A DNA stretch of 64,000 nucleotides from Chrysomallon squamiferum. Its lineage: Eukaryota > Animalia > Mollusca. The position numbers and the translations under genes are program-made. Positions 34,201 through 49,335 of the stretch are shown piece after piece. The notes under the pieces were generated by a model. It was not told the origin of the DNA and made no database searches. It saw only the letters and a program-made list of their open reading frames with translations. The stretch spans positions 9,052,001 to 9,116,000 of the forward strand of contig CM022678.1 in the NCBI GenBank assembly GCA_012295275.1. Direction: 5' to 3'. Each line of letters begins with the position of its first letter. Position 1 is the first letter of the stretch.

Positions 34201-34859
34201 TTTTTCCACCAAATGTTGCATATATGTATATATATATATATATATAGATAGAGAAAGAGAAGATCCTATTATAAACTTACATATATAATTTAAACATATT
34301 ACCTATGTATATAACTTCAGCTTAATTCTGTCAGACCGTTCCAACATTTATAGTTTGTGTCATAGTCACTGTACAGAATTTAAATAAAGGAAGTGATCAA
34401 ACAGCTGACATGTCAGTTATTTAGATGGTGGGTTGTAAAACTGACAGGTTCTCTCATTATCTTGTTTTCACTGGTAATTAACTGAAATCCTGTACAACAA
34501 TTACTATGTCCATATTATTAGATATAAATCTAAAAGTATTTGTTTTTTCTCACTGCACAACTAATCACAAGTAAAGTGATAAACTTGATAAAAGTGGTGA
34601 TAATCTCTTAACAATAAACTAGGATATCCTGCACATGTCAAATTAAAACTATTACTATCTTAATTTGTTCATGTTGTTTATCATGACTAAAAAATACTAA
34701 TAACATAACCAAAAAGATTTCACTTTCAAACCTACATTAATTTTCTTTCTTAAAATATGTCATTCTGAATATGTTCTTTCATTTTAATGTTATATTTGAA
34801 ACAGCAGTAATTCTCACAGCTTCACTAGAAGGAAATCTAGGAAATACAAGAACTGAGGC

Positions 34860-35400
34860 AAGCAATCTTATCTGTACTATTACCAAGCAATTACACTATC
34901 AAGATGTTTGACAATATTATTTACATCCATCACTAACAAAGAACTGAAAGTATTGTCTGGTCAAATTGAATCAGTATTGTTGTTTTCGAGAAGGATCCTA
35001 TATAAAATATGATTTCTATTAATTTACTAAAAGGAAATAAGAAAAATATGTACCATGCTTTAACTATTTTGAAGGAACATTTGATTCAGGTATGAAACTT
35101 GTAAAGATATCCAGTAAGACAAATTCTTGTGTAAGACTTTTATCATCTTAATGTACATCAAGCTATTTGCATTGTTAATTATTAAATACAGAAATTATAA
35201 CTCAAGCTAAATACCTTGAACTTGTCTTAAGTAAGTCTGGTTCCTTTGTAAATATCAAGAAAGATTCACTTTGTTGAACTTCAAAGACTGTTTCCTATAC
35301 TGAGAAAAGAAAAAGGTAGAGAATTTAATTTATGAACTGATATTTATTGTGATAAGATTGTAAATATATATATTACTGTATGGATGTCATCACATTACAA
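34860..35400 (+). mobile_element. Decayed LINE RT fragment, same family, internally deleted
   Basis: LNQ..CFREGS...KKNMYHAL..FEGTFDS (NQxGFR...FIDFxKAFD motif), then EIITQAKYLELVLSKSGSFVNIKK. Confidence 0.7.
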
Positions 35401-35629
35401 ATGCTAGATCACATTTATCTTTTTGTTTTACAAAATGTATACTAGATGAATGTGACATGTGTAACATATATTCATGTACCAAAGTATGGTCAAAACTTGC
35501 TGTTAAAACAATATTATGCGATCGATTGTTACAAATATGGAATAATGATACATTTAAGTGATTTAAAGTGTTAAGCTACAGCCATGCACTAAATAAAAAC
35601 AACAGTTACAATGTTTCCACTGGACTAGT

Positions 35630-36420
35630 TTATGCAGTCGACGTTTATTCTTGAACAAATGTTTCTATTTATTGCCATTTGAAAATTGTTTTATTAGTTC
35701 CATACTGCATTTAAGTAATAATAAAAATACGGCTATCGTTGAAACGATTATAGGTGCACAACGTAAACAAAGAATGCCTCGTCACTATTTAACACAAAAC
35801 GAACTAACTTGATGTTTTGCGAATTTATACATTTATAGCAAATGTCTTGTAGATTGATTACCTGATTGGGCGTTTATTTATTTATTTCCTTCCATTCATT
35901 TCCAAAATACACATGAAACATGTCTCGTGCTATCACCAATTCCGTGGTTTATCTCCCCCTTGCTAAGCTTTGTACTGAATTAGTTTTCCTTCAAAATAAA
36001 GCGCGCACTCTAATATCAAAATGAACGATATTATTTCATTACACGGCTATGACCAGACGCATTCATCGGAACGGCAACAAAAACAAACCAGGCGGATTAA
36101 ACCGAATATTTCTCTTTGGTTTCAGTTATATTCATATAGTTTTTATTACCGTTATTTATTTTCGTATGCGGATATTTTAATTTTAATTTTATTATTATTA
36201 TTATTGTAAAAGAAACTTTCAGGGGACGTAACTCCCATTCTCCTTCAGATTTTAACTATGCACTTCTTCAATTAAATTTAACATCACTTTTCCATCGGTC
36301 ACAGGACAAATCCAATAACGTCAGTGTACAGTATAATAAGGTCAGAGATAAATCCTATCTACGTAAAGACTACGTGGCCGGAGACAACTCCGTGCTAACT
36401 ATCGTATTAGTTTACACTGA
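35630..36420. promoter_or_regulatory. CpG-retaining promoter-like region with CCAAT boxes
   Basis: ctgattgggcg, caccaat, tccaataacgtca, gcgcgc; many CpGs relative to flanks. No associated gene identified. Confidence 0.4.
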
Positions 36421-36566
36421 AACACTGATTAGTTTGTAGAGATCATCTGAGAATAAAAGTCATTAATGTAATATTTTATTATGTGTCTCTATTCATTTAT
36501 CCTTTCATTCATCTATCTTTTTACACATCCAGTGTCTTTGTGAGTGTTTATGTGTGTGTGTGTGTA

Positions 36567-36605
<39 letters not shown>

Positions 36606-36677
36606 ATGTATGTATGTATGTGTGTGTGTGTATGTGTATGTGTGTGTGTGTGTATGTGTGTATGTGTATGTGTGTTA

Positions 36678-36713
<36 letters not shown>

Positions 36714-36779
36714 CGAACCAACTCCTGGCCTGTCATTATCATTTTATTTATTTATTTATTTATTTTTCTTTATTTGTTT

Positions 36780-36822
<43 letters not shown>

Positions 36823-38442
36823 TACATTTATTCATTTTTTATTTTATTTATTTATTTATTTATATACAAATAAGCAGACTGGACAAGTGCAGGAGTCTGT
36901 TTCAATCACAGGTGACAACATTTGTGACAAACTGGAAGTTTCAGCTTGATGTGATTGTGAGAAAAAAAAGATTCTTTGTGCTTAGATTAATCACTGGATT
37001 CATGTATACATGTGGAAGTATGGGACTGAAAGATGGATGGATGATGAATAAGAGATATAAATGGATGAAGTAAAATGGTTAGCCTGGTTAGAATAGGGAG
37101 GGATGATATATTCACATAATATCCAAATAAAATAACTCACTGGATATTTGGGTATGGGTGTGTGTGTGTGTTCACATTAACATTTATATATAATTTGTGA
37201 GAGCTTGTGATTCATTTTTATTTATTTGTTTATCTACAATATCTCTGGCATGTTTTGATAATAATGATAATTTTGATGTGATAATTATAACAGTAAAGAT
37301 TCAAATTAATAAACAAATAATACAATACTTTCAAATATGAATACATTTTTTTAAATGAACTGTTGTAGTAAAATATCTCAACAGTACCTATTATATTCAC
37401 ATTTACTATAGTATCTACTACACTGTATCTGCTATACCCATAGTATACTACTATATCCCATATCAACTATATTCCATATCTACTAGAGTCATATAAATGA
37501 TATCCATACTTGATTTCAGAATGTTTGATGCACTTCTTAGTGGTACCTACAGGTGTGATTCCAAGTTATGAACACATACAAGATAAAATTACATCATTTT
37601 ATTCACCTGTTCATAGGCTCTGCATTTTTTGTACATCTACAGGTGGAACTAAAAATAGACATGGATAAAATTTTGTGCGTGCGTTTTGAAAGAAATATAA
37701 TCCAAAATGCATGTTTGTTTTTTCTTTAAAATCCAAAATAAGATTACACCTGTTTATTTATTTATTTATTTAATTTTCTTACACTAAACAGTTTAAACTA
37801 GACTTTGATTTTTTTTCATTTTATTTTGTTACAACACATTTCAGAATCAGAAAATTCAAATAATCTTATAGACCTTCTAATTAATATACCTATGAATTTA
37901 TCCATTTAAAAAATTTACTTAATATAATTGTAACAGAAGAAATTATGATTATTAAATACTTTATTTGGGTTAATATGTCAAAATATAAACAAAAATTATC
38001 CTCCTAAATAGGAATTTGTTACTCCAGTTTGATAATGCTGGCTAAAAAATTATAATTGAAAACAAAATAATTTACAATATTTATTTCAACAAAAATACTT
38101 TTTCATCTGAAAAATATAATTTTTTAGAAAAACTACTAAAAATTTTAAGATTTCTGATTTATCCATAAAAAAACTATAAAAAAAGAATACCAAGACATTT
38201 GTTTACAAAAATGTTTTTAAGTTAATATATAATTTGACAGACAAAATAACCTGCAAATTACTAATTAAGTAAATTTCTAATTTCTGATTTTATCTTTTGA
38301 AACAACAAATACATGCATATGTAGGTTTACATATTTCCTTCCATTTTATGTTTTATTGGGTAAATCTTTACCACAAGTCTTGGTATTTAATTATTATTTA
38401 ATATTTGGATTATATGATTAATTAAAAAAAAAAAAAAAAAAA

Positions 38443-38496
<54 letters not shown>

Positions 38497-38664
38497 TTAA
38501 AATGAAATGAAAAAAAAAAATATAAAAAAAAAAAGTCCTTAAAAAATAAACATTATTTTTTTTTTTTTTTTTTTTTTTTTAATGTAAGTAATCAGTAATT
38601 TCTATGATCAATCATATTCTCTTTCTTTTCAAATTTATATCATAAGACTTAATGTCATATTTTT

Positions 38665-39025
38665 TCACCACTGTTTGAAATACACTTTGAAATAAACATC
38701 ATTTTTTTCCCTATCATGTATTGTCTGAATGTTTTTATTTTTCTCACTCATTAGTATCATTTGAAATATTTGTTCTTGTTTAAGACTGCTGCAGACTTGA
38801 CTGTACTTGGTGCTGTGTCTGGTCAAAATTTTTTTCTCACTGCTGTGACTGACTGAAAAAAGAGGCAGAACTGAATCCAGCATCTGTTTCATGATTTCTG
38901 AATCAGTCTGGCATCAACTATCAAAACTTTGATAGCAAAACTCAAATCTTCATCAAACTTGGCCACAGATTTTCATTTCTGCTTTCACATGTCTGTGCAC
39001 TGAACTCCATCAAACCATCCTATAA

Positions 39026-39098
<73 letters not shown>

Positions 39099-39131
39099 AA
39101 GAAGAAGAAGAAGAAGAAGAAGAACAAGAAG

Positions 39132-39184
<53 letters not shown>

Positions 39185-42100
39185 CGGTAATAATAGTAGT
39201 GAAAATATCTACTGCTTTAATATTAATACTAATAATTTTTATTACAATAAAGCAAACACACTCTATATATATATTTGCTGTTAGGGCTAATTAATTTACT
39301 GCTTCTAAACTTACTTATCTATATTGTGCATCAATTTAATTGAAAATATTAAGTAGCTATGGGTTGACTTTTCTTTAAAAATCACTTATTAAGAAATATT
39401 AGAAATCTGACTTCCACAGTTACATCAATGACACATGAGAGACAGACTTTCACTGGAATTGTTTCATTCAGGATGATATTTCTACCACCTGAATCAAAGT
39501 GTATAATTACTTGTTGTCTACCCTGTCAAGTCTACTATTTCAAGTCAGTGGAACCTCAAGTCTCAGATCCTAGGTTCCTTAGGTTTGTAAATTGTAATCT
39601 TTACTGTAGAGGTAATTGTGTACTGTTATCTATCATAATCCATCTGAATTCATTTTATTTATAAACAAACAACTGTGGTTTAATGTCAATCTCTAATCAA
39701 CAGTAAAACAATGAATTTATGTTGCTATTCATGATCTTCCATGTGACCAGCTAGTGGTAACCAGTCTTCAAATGCAGTACTTGGTCACAACCACAAACCT
39801 CTATCAATTAACTGAACAGTGTGAAAAGGAAATGTCTAAAATTGATGTAACTGGAAATATTAGAAGCATTATTTTTGTTTGTGATTCAATTATTCAGACA
39901 CCTGAGAACAACAATAAAACACTTTCCCTCCCTATACATTGTATTTAAGGGAAACAACTGAAGTCCACTAGCCTATTGCAAAATGTAGTCAAAATGTACT
40001 TCTATGTGATAATATAAAACTAAAAACAAATGTAGACTAACTTTAGTAGAAAACAGTGATTATTTCACGTATCACCAGACTGCATGAACCATGTGTGTGT
40101 GTGAATACTAACAGTCTGCTGGATTCTGTTACCTGCAACCTGTGGATGAGTCCTTCCATCAACTCTCTACCAGTCAAAGTTTCTCTTGTGACATCTAATG
40201 TGTCAAAGTTACACAGAAACTACACTGAGCAGCTCACCAACAGTGACACCTGTAAATATTAAAAGGAAAATAAATTTCAAATTTAAATTCACACACACTC
40301 ACACACACACACACACACACTCATATACACACACACACACACACACAAACCTCATATACACACACTCACAAACTTGCAACAAAACATTTGTTTTTAGATT
40401 CTGCTGTAGAAAACAAACATTTATTTGTGACCACCCAGCACAAAATGGGTTGCTTGTCATAAAGTTCACATTTTATGTTTTTAACTTTTCTAGATGAGCT
40501 TTGTCTTAGCAGTGAAAATTATATAAAAATCTAAAATATTGTTCCCAAGATATTAGTGATTGAACATTCTAACTTTCAATAATGAGATTCTTGTAAAACA
40601 CAATTAAATAATAATGATTATCATTTAAACATTTTCCATACCAACAACTACACCATATAAATAGGATCAGTAAAAAATGTCCTGATGTTTGAAGACAGTA
40701 TCTGTTTTGTTTTTGTAGAACAGTTTATTTTAATTTTAATATTAATCTTTGACTGAATGTATTAAACTAGAAATACCTGATTAAACAGTAATAATTTAAT
40801 AGTCATTAAAGAACATAAAAACATAAAATTATAAAATGATATCTTGATTGAGGAGAAAAGACATCACCACTGTTTAAAGTCTTCAGCTGTATTTTCCTCT
40901 TTTTATCACACATTAAAACATCTCCTTATACCTAAAATAATCTCATATTAATGCTTCAGCATGAAAATGTTTTGAGAAAATTAAAATGTCTCATATTCAT
41001 TCCTAAACATGTACAAAATATTTTTTTACTAAAAAAGAAATGTCCTTTGACAAAACAGACTGAAACTAGTCTATTTACAAATTAGCAGCTTGACAGGTTC
41101 TTATGGGTGACATGAGTAGCTTCACAGAGACTTTAAACTTTGACAACTAACATCTACATGTTTTCAATTAGATGGTAGATGGGCCATAGAAAAAGGGTCC
41201 GCAGAAATCTACAACAGAATGGTTCATATTAAAATGCAGTGCAACAACTTGGACAAAGTCTCTGCAACTTGTACCCTAGGATTTTGATAACATCTGATTT
41301 CAAATGATTTTAAAAAATTCTAGGATGGATATGTACAAAGCTTTTATGTCCACAAGCGTAAAAGACCATGATGTCTGTCATGGACTTTTGTTAACTTTGA
41401 ATCGATGGCTAAAAAGGTCTCAGTATAGTGTGTTCTCTATATACATAAACACCTACATACTTGTACAACCCCTACTCAGTATTTGTGACTCCAAGCAACA
41501 AACACCTCAACTAGTTGCAGTAGACTGAATAATTAAGAACATAACTGAAACTATTGTTCTCTGCAGTTATCTGAACCATGTGTTTAATTTCATTTGTTTT
41601 TGTTATCCTAGGTGTTGTGACAATTTCCCATCTAATACTCAGGGTGGGTACATAGTTCACTGGCTTCCCACCTACAAAATATGCTGAACAAACCCTCGTG
41701 TTTTCAGTAACATTAAAATCTTTTTACCATTTCTATGTATAGTGATTACCCACAAATGTTCCTGATATTGATAGAAGGATAACAAATTTCTCAGATGTCT
41801 GCAATTGGAACAGTTAATAACTGAACAATGGTCATGGCCTCACATTACAGAATGTTTAGTTTTGCCCACCAATTTGCAAGTAGGACTATTTTGCCGAGAT
41901 CTCGCAATCTGCATCCTTGAATTACCCGGCAATGGGCACATGCACAGTGGAATGTGAAATATCTCAATTAACAGTTGACTCTAAAACCCAGTATATTATA
42001 ATTTAGAAAATTCACTTTTCTTTTGAAAACCAAGAACACAATTAAAAACTAATTCTTTGCTTGGACACATATACCCTTTTAAATGAGATAATAAGAATAA

Positions 42101-45100
42101 CAAAAAAAATAAAAAATGAATAGCCATTTATAATATTTTATTTTAAAACTATTTTAAAATCTGTTTTTCCAAAATACAACATTCATAAATGTTGTGTCAC
42201 CAGATGAATTGCTGCTATCATTTTACTGTTACTGACCTGTTATCTCTGTAAACAGAATAACATTAAAACCATTTTTCTCAAGAATCTAAATCAAATACAA
42301 CAAGGTGTAACAAAGTACCTGATGTAAATGAAGATTTTATAACAGAGCTGGGATCCTTCCTCCAGTTTGTTCAGATTGTAGTCAGCCAATGTTTCACCAG
42401 AAATCTTCACAGTCAGGTAGACTTGTAGTGTCTCACACCAGAGAACTGTGTGAAATTACAAAAATATGTGATATACTGAAATTTAAAAAACAATCACATT
42501 TAGCCATCATCACAGAAGCCATAAAAAACAAATGTTTATAATAATAACAACAACAAAATAAAAATAACAATCAATGATGATTAAAACAGATAAAAAAAGT
42601 AAATTATATTAATAATGAATGGAAATACACAGTAAGAAGAAAAACAATAAACTGAAATCATAAATAAATAAATAATCCATTTAACGAAGGACCCTGTCTA
42701 ATAATAAAAATTTTTTCATGATTTTAGTTTTTCTTTCTTTTCATTTTTCATTTTTTTCCCAATCTGACATTGACAATTTTAGGCTACTTAATTATGCTGC
42801 ATAAATACAGTTCAACATTCCTTACAAATGTTACAGAGAAATAAAACTTTTTGCTATCATCACCAGAAAACTTTGACACGACATTTTTCAGATAATGGAC
42901 ACAGGTTCTTGATAATTCAATTTTTGGCATGCCTCATCTGAGCAAAATAAAAAAAATCAATCATCTGAAAATTCTTTGAATCTAAATTTTATATCAAACA
43001 ACATTTATAATTAAAATAAACCATATATTAAATACTTAAGAATTGTCATTCTTATAAACTAAAAAAAAAAACAAAAACAACTAACCTCTGAATCCAGTGA
43101 AAATGCAGGTGACATCACATCATCACCAACAGCAGATCAAAAACAGCTGAAGAAGGATTTCCACTTTCATCAACAAGCAGTCACAGTTTTGAAATACTGA
43201 ACATAGAAAAAACTGAGTTGTATAAGCATATAACAAAATACATGCAATAAAAATATATAAATAATGGTACTAGTTTAAAACTTTTATCTAATTATATATT
43301 TTTCTACTATTAGTCACACAAGAAACATTATGATAACAATAAAAAAAAAATATAAAATATCACCTATACCACAAACAAAACTATTATTATTAATTACTAA
43401 CACTAATACAACAATGGGCATTACTATTTTTGCTGTTACTATAACAACAGCAACAACCTCAGGAAATGCTTCTATTTCTGCCAGGTTAGGAATGAATATT
43501 TGATGACATTTATTATTTAAATGTAATCAATAAATTTAAATATTTAAATTCTAAGAATCTTACAAATTATAGTTGAAAATCAAGTTCAAAATTATTTGTT
43601 AAACTTGGATCAAAACAAAAATATTCATACTGTATAATGGCAGTTTAAAACAAAACAAAAAACTATTTTAATTATCAAGTTAGTACAAATATAAGCTAAA
43701 AAGAAAAACCAATCTAATGGAAATATAGAAATATGGAAGAATACTAATTTAACAGGCTATTTGTATACTTTATGTTATCTTCTTATATGTGGCTCTTACT
43801 ACAGAAATGGGCTTTTATGGTTTTCTGACAAGAATAGATCCAGAATTCTTCTAAGAAGAATGTAAATCAAACAGGTAGGTTAATGTCTGTGTTTTTCATA
43901 CTTTGTTTTTACTTAAAAATCTCTGTCTGTTCTGATCTGACTGTGTGAATGTCCCATTCTGATGTTTAACAAACAACACTTGTCCCTTTTTGGTATATGT
44001 CTGAATAAACAAAAACAATAATAATTAATTTTTTTAGTTGTTTTTAACTGTAACATTATTTAGTGTTATATTTCATTATAACCTGATTATTGATAAACAT
44101 AAATTCTGATAGAATAGAACAAATCTGAAAAGCTTTCCCTGCAAAATATTTTATTCATTCTTCCTAAGACCAATGTTTTATTTCTAGTTCTTTGTATCTT
44201 AAATGGTCAGTTTGTCTCGACATCCACAGACAGTGATGTGAAAATGTGTTTGCAATATGAAGTGACTCCTTTTTTAACTAAGCAACTAAAAATATATTTC
44301 TAATAATACATCTTTCCACAGAAAAAAACAACAGAAAAAAATTAAAACAGAACATACATTTTTTTATGTAAATAATTTTGAATAAAATTCATAAGCATAT
44401 TCTAATACATCTTCCATTTTTCTAATTAATCCATTTATTCTTTTTCGTTCTTTAATAGAATTTGATTTCTGTTTTGATTTTTCTGAATTCAGAAAAAACA
44501 ATGAATTTCTGTCCATATCTAGGTTCTACTGAGCCTTAGATCTTAAAATAACACCATTACACTAAATCTCTATCAATTAATTTTAACTTTTCTTCTTTGT
44601 ATGTTACTCAAATCATGATGCTTATTTACAACTAGTTTAGCATATTCTCATTTTAAAGCATTTTCTATATTACAGTATTTCTCGTTGACTAATTTTCTCT
44701 TATTTAGTGCAAAATGTTTTATATTTTAAGTTATTTGATCAAACAACAGGTTCAGTTTGTAACAAGGATGTTTCAGAAGGAGGTTTATTAGGCTTTGTTC
44801 AGAGCTTTACAAAAAGATGTTGTCCTTTATCAAAACTTCAACAAGATCTTTTACAAAAAAGTTAATCTTTCAACAATTCATTATTAAAAATCCAAATATC
44901 TTCACCTCTCTCTACATGAGAAAAATATATTTCAAGTGATAAAAACTTGTGTTCACTAACCGAGGTATCTATACATTACTTATAAACCGTTATAAATTTC
45001 TAGAAATTAAAAATAAATCAATTCTTGACTGTCTTATAGTTTTTCAACAACTTGAAATCTAGTAAATTGCCTTTTTCTGGATTTCTGTGTCGCCAAATAT

Positions 45101-46728
45101 CAACTAAACTATAATTATAAATAACTGACTGTAATTCATCACTACTTTTCATACTGAAATTTTATTATTAATGCCTAAATCTATATTAGGATCTAAAATT
45201 ACATTAAAATCTCTGGGTTTAAAATCCACAAATTTACATAATCCTTTAAAGTTTAAAAAATAAAATTCTTTCTTCAATATTATTAGGCACATATACACTT
45301 ATAAAACTATATTCATTGTCATCTATTTTACTATTAACTTCTAAAATCCTGCCTTCAGTGTCGCAACTATTAAAGGTAAACTTATAAGGATTGTGAAAGA
45401 TAAAATTACCCACACAAAAAACCCCACTCCTTATCTTAGATATTAAGATTCATAAATTTACTTTATGCTAAGAAATATATAAGAACACAAACTCAACTTC
45501 ACCTGCTCAGATTTGTTTCTCTTTGCGTTGGCAGCTGTACAAACTTTATTTAAACAGAAAATAATTGTGTCCTCAGTGCCTGATGGAAGTTCACTGGGTG
45601 CGTTAAAAGTTGTAATTCATCTGAAAGTTTTAAAATTCTTGTTCAAAATGTTGAATTTAAAATATGAGGTCTCTTTAGGCTGTATGATAAATTATACAAA
45701 ACATGCACCCCAAATATCATTCTCCTTCTCCCTCTCTCCCTGAATCTCCATTCCTTAATCTTCTGTCTTTCTCTCATACATTAGTACATTTTCATGTTTA
45801 ACTGCAATCATCATAATCCTTCGCCTTCTTTTCAGCTATCATTTAATAATCAAAGTAGAAAAATGAATACTTTAACTATACCTCAGCTTTAACTGAAATA
45901 TAATTTACCAAAATAAAAAAGGAAGAAAATTAAATGAACTTTGACAGAGTCAAACTAACTCAGTTTAATAAAAAAAAAAAAAATTTTTTTTTTCAAATTT
46001 TAATATTTAACAAGATCAAAAATATAAATAAATAAATAAACAAAAACAACAGCAAACCTGATGGCTAGGACAGCACATTCTTCTGAAACAACTTCACTGG
46101 CATATGCCAACATCAGCACATCAATTAGAGCTATATGTACATTCTAAAAGAAAAAAGAAATAAAATAATAATAAAAATAATAACTAAGCAGTTATAAATA
46201 AATAACTAATACTTCTGTTATTATCAAAATTTAAATTTAACTATTTTATTCAGACAAAGTGGGCTGTGGGATATCTTCAATATACTTTGTTATTAATAAA
46301 TAATGTAACACAATTATTATAATATTAAACTGATTACAAAACAATAGCAAATAAATGATTTTTATTACACTATTTTATAATCAATAAAGAGTTGCTACAA
46401 ACTTATTTTTCAAACACAAACATAAAATATATTATACTCACAGCTCAGAACGGTGCAGTTTGCATAAGAATGGTTTCTGTAACTGGTGATTCATCCTTCT
46501 CCATGATGTAAATTCCCTTTCTTGACAGATCTGAATATTAATACAGTCACCTACGAAAAATAGCAATGTCAATAGTAAATATAATGTTTAATTTTTGAAA
46601 GTACATGATATTTTTTGTTATCAATCTTAGAATCTACATTTGTCTGATAAATGCATTTTTCTTTGCCTTATTATCGTTTGTGAATGTTATAATAAATTGA
46701 TTTACATATGAAATTGCCAACACACACA

Positions 46729-46801
<73 letters not shown>

Positions 46802-46907
46802 AATACGATTATAGTTTATACGGTGAACACCTCTCTTTCTGCTTCTTTCACACATACACTGATACAGTGATACACATTACATCATGATCATGTTTACCTC
46901 GTTCCAT
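38665..46907 (-). pseudogene. Unprocessed pseudogene of unidentified gene X; exons 46907-46898, 46550-46442, 46143-46058, 44000-43902, 43196-43086, 42937-42826, 42445-42319, 42245-42237, 40249-40133, 39901-?, 39019-38665
   Basis: Series of AG/GT-bounded exons on one strand, starting at gccATGG. Protein-like readings with stops, e.g. TILMQTAPF*A/NVHIALIDVLMLAYASEVVSEECAVLAIR, ISKL*LLVDESGNPSSAVFDLLLVMM*CHLHFHWIQR, VSLLVSCSV*FLCNFDTLDVTRETLTGRELMEGLIHRLQ. Confidence 0.7.
44090..45480 (-). mobile_element. Decayed L1/Tx1-type ORF2 (endonuclease and linker) inside an intron of gene X
   Basis: Broken minus-strand reading GVGFL...CDTEGRILEV...RDFNVILDPNID...DIWRHRNPEK...QSRIDLFLIS...ERGEDIWIFNNELLKD...GVILRSKAQ...NSLFFLNSEK...YAYEFYSKLF. 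Confidence 0.82.
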
Positions 46908-48030
46908 GGCTGAAAATGTGCGCACAATCCGCATTCGATTCACGCTTGGAATCACACAAACATAAAACATCCCAATCCATTTGGATTCGCGTGAAATATT
47001 TCCAAAATTCTATTAAATTGAATAATCAACAGGCAAAACGTTACCGAATTAAAAACAAAAATAAACTGGCTGTCAAACATCAGTTCATACTGGTTTGAAA
47101 AGCGTAGCATACATTCGAATCCGTTTATGTTCGAAACATCGTGGTTTATCGAGACTAGCCTGGCCTTAACCTAATTTTATTTAGTATTTAAGAAGTCATT
47201 AATTTGTTTATTCTCACAAAAATTATTATAAAATTTGTAGAAATTTATTCTGCATTCATTTCTGAGCTAAAAATGAAATTAAGAAAAATATCCATCATAA
47301 TTATAAATATTATTAATATTAATAAATAAATAATTGCGATAATAATTTTTAAGAAACAAAAAAGAATTGTTTTAAATAAATAAATAAAAAATAAAGTAAA
47401 TTAATAAAATAAAATAAAATAAAGTTAACTTAAAAAACAAAAATGCAACACAAAAAAATAAAATAAAAACGGGATAAAAAGCAGTCATAACTATTCTTAA
47501 AAAACAAGGAACCCCCCCACCCCCGAAACCACCACCACAAAATAAAAACACTTCCTCATAGTTAAAAATTAAAGTTTAAATGAAACAGATATATGATTGT
47601 ATTTTATTTTTTTTTTTTTTTTTTTTAATTATTATTAATATTTTTTGCTACCAGGCCTTTTTCTGAGGAGAACGGATTCTGTTGGATATATACAGAGGAC
47701 TCGAATGTCTCCGTCTATTCGACCGAGATGATCCGAACGGTCCCGATCACTTTTCCGATACTGGGTCAGCGAGACTCGTGGTTTTGTTTATCAAGACTAC
47801 AGTTAGCGCCATGCCTATCCGGTCGAGAAAGTTAGTGTTATAAACCGATGTTGGCAAATTCAGGTAAGCCGATAAGTCCACTTTATCGAACTACTAGCAA
47901 ACCTTTTGTATGAAATAAATATTTGAGATTAATACTGACTCTTGTGTTATATCTTATAGAGAAAAAGGCGACTTCCCCATAACCATTTTACCATCCCAAT
48001 CGCCGAAACGGAACTTTGGTCGCAATTAAT
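46900..48030. promoter_or_regulatory. Bidirectional CpG-rich promoter region
   Basis: CpG clusters at about 46900-47170 and 47650-48030. Minus-strand first exon ATGGAACGAG|GTAAAC; plus-strand first-exon donor CAG|GTAAGC at 47863. Confidence 0.6.
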
Positions 48031-48976
48031 TCTCAAACATTCTGACTTAATAATTTATAATTTTAATATTTTCGGTAACTTTTAAATATTTTTTTAATTT
48101 CTTTTTGTTTCGAAATTATATGTGATAAATTTTATAACGTGGTTTTTTTTTTTTTTTTTTTAACTGCAATTTATTTATTAGGCTTGTCAATGATAAATGT
48201 AATTTTTCTCTCTACAGGATAAACAAATCTTCTGCTGACCAGAAAAAAGACCAAGGTTGACCACTTGACCATGTGTGTAGTGAAGCGTTCATTGAAAAAC
48301 ATGACTTCTCCAGTCCTGCCAGTTAAGAGAAATTTGTACAGACTCAGACACTGAGATGTGCTCAACATGTTTGTAAACAGATGCTGGGTATAATGGACAA
48401 ATAATTCAGTTTACTACAAGATTTTATAAATTACTTAATGCCACCTGAGAATGTTTTAATATTAATATTATTTTAATTTTGTTACTATTAATTAGGTATG
48501 TTTAGTGAACAATGAGTTAACAGTGAAAAGACAGTGATTTATATCTATCATTAATTAATTCTATAATTATTGTTTGTTTATTTAATTTTTTAAATGATAA
48601 AAAAAAGTCATTATCATTTTTGAACTCATGCTGTTTTAAATGTTGTTTATATTAATATTAAATTGAGGTAAAAAAAAAAACTGATTAAAAAAATGAAGAA
48701 AAAAGAAACAAGTCAAAAACATTTTTAAAATAATAAATTACTTTTGTTTCAGACTGAGAATGTAGAAGTCAGGGTTTGACATGGGAACAGATTTCTCATA
48801 AAGCTGAAGGCAGTTTATGTCACTATGGTTACTACTAGAAAAAAGTATGAGAAAGGTTAGTAGTTTTTTTTCTTTGAACTGTAGTGTACCTATCAAAGCA
48901 AAAAGTGCAAGGGCTGCCTGTCTTGTCTCAGATGAAAAAGTCCTTGTTTTCACAAATATTGAAATAAGCATTTTAC

Positions 48977-49014
<38 letters not shown>

Positions 49015-49276
49015 ATAACTTGAATTTTATTTTATATATTTTGAATTGCATTGAGCGATTAAACAAAGTTTTTCCTCTGTACTCTGTATTACCTTGAATA
49101 CAACAAAGATAACAGAAGATTTATTTTAAGAAGTATTTTATCTGTGTCAGTCACGCAGTCAGCAGATTGTTGGAGACAGAAATATTTGATGTCAATTATA
49201 GTCTGTACCCTTATTAAATCATAGACATCCCTCTTTCTTAATAACAATAATAATAATTATATTACTATTATTATTA

Positions 49277-49335
<59 letters not shown>

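Noticed and set aside
37548-37752. Possible Tc1/mariner MITE with CAGGTGT...ACACCTG ends
   Set aside because: The terminal match is under 10 bp and there is no second copy in the window.
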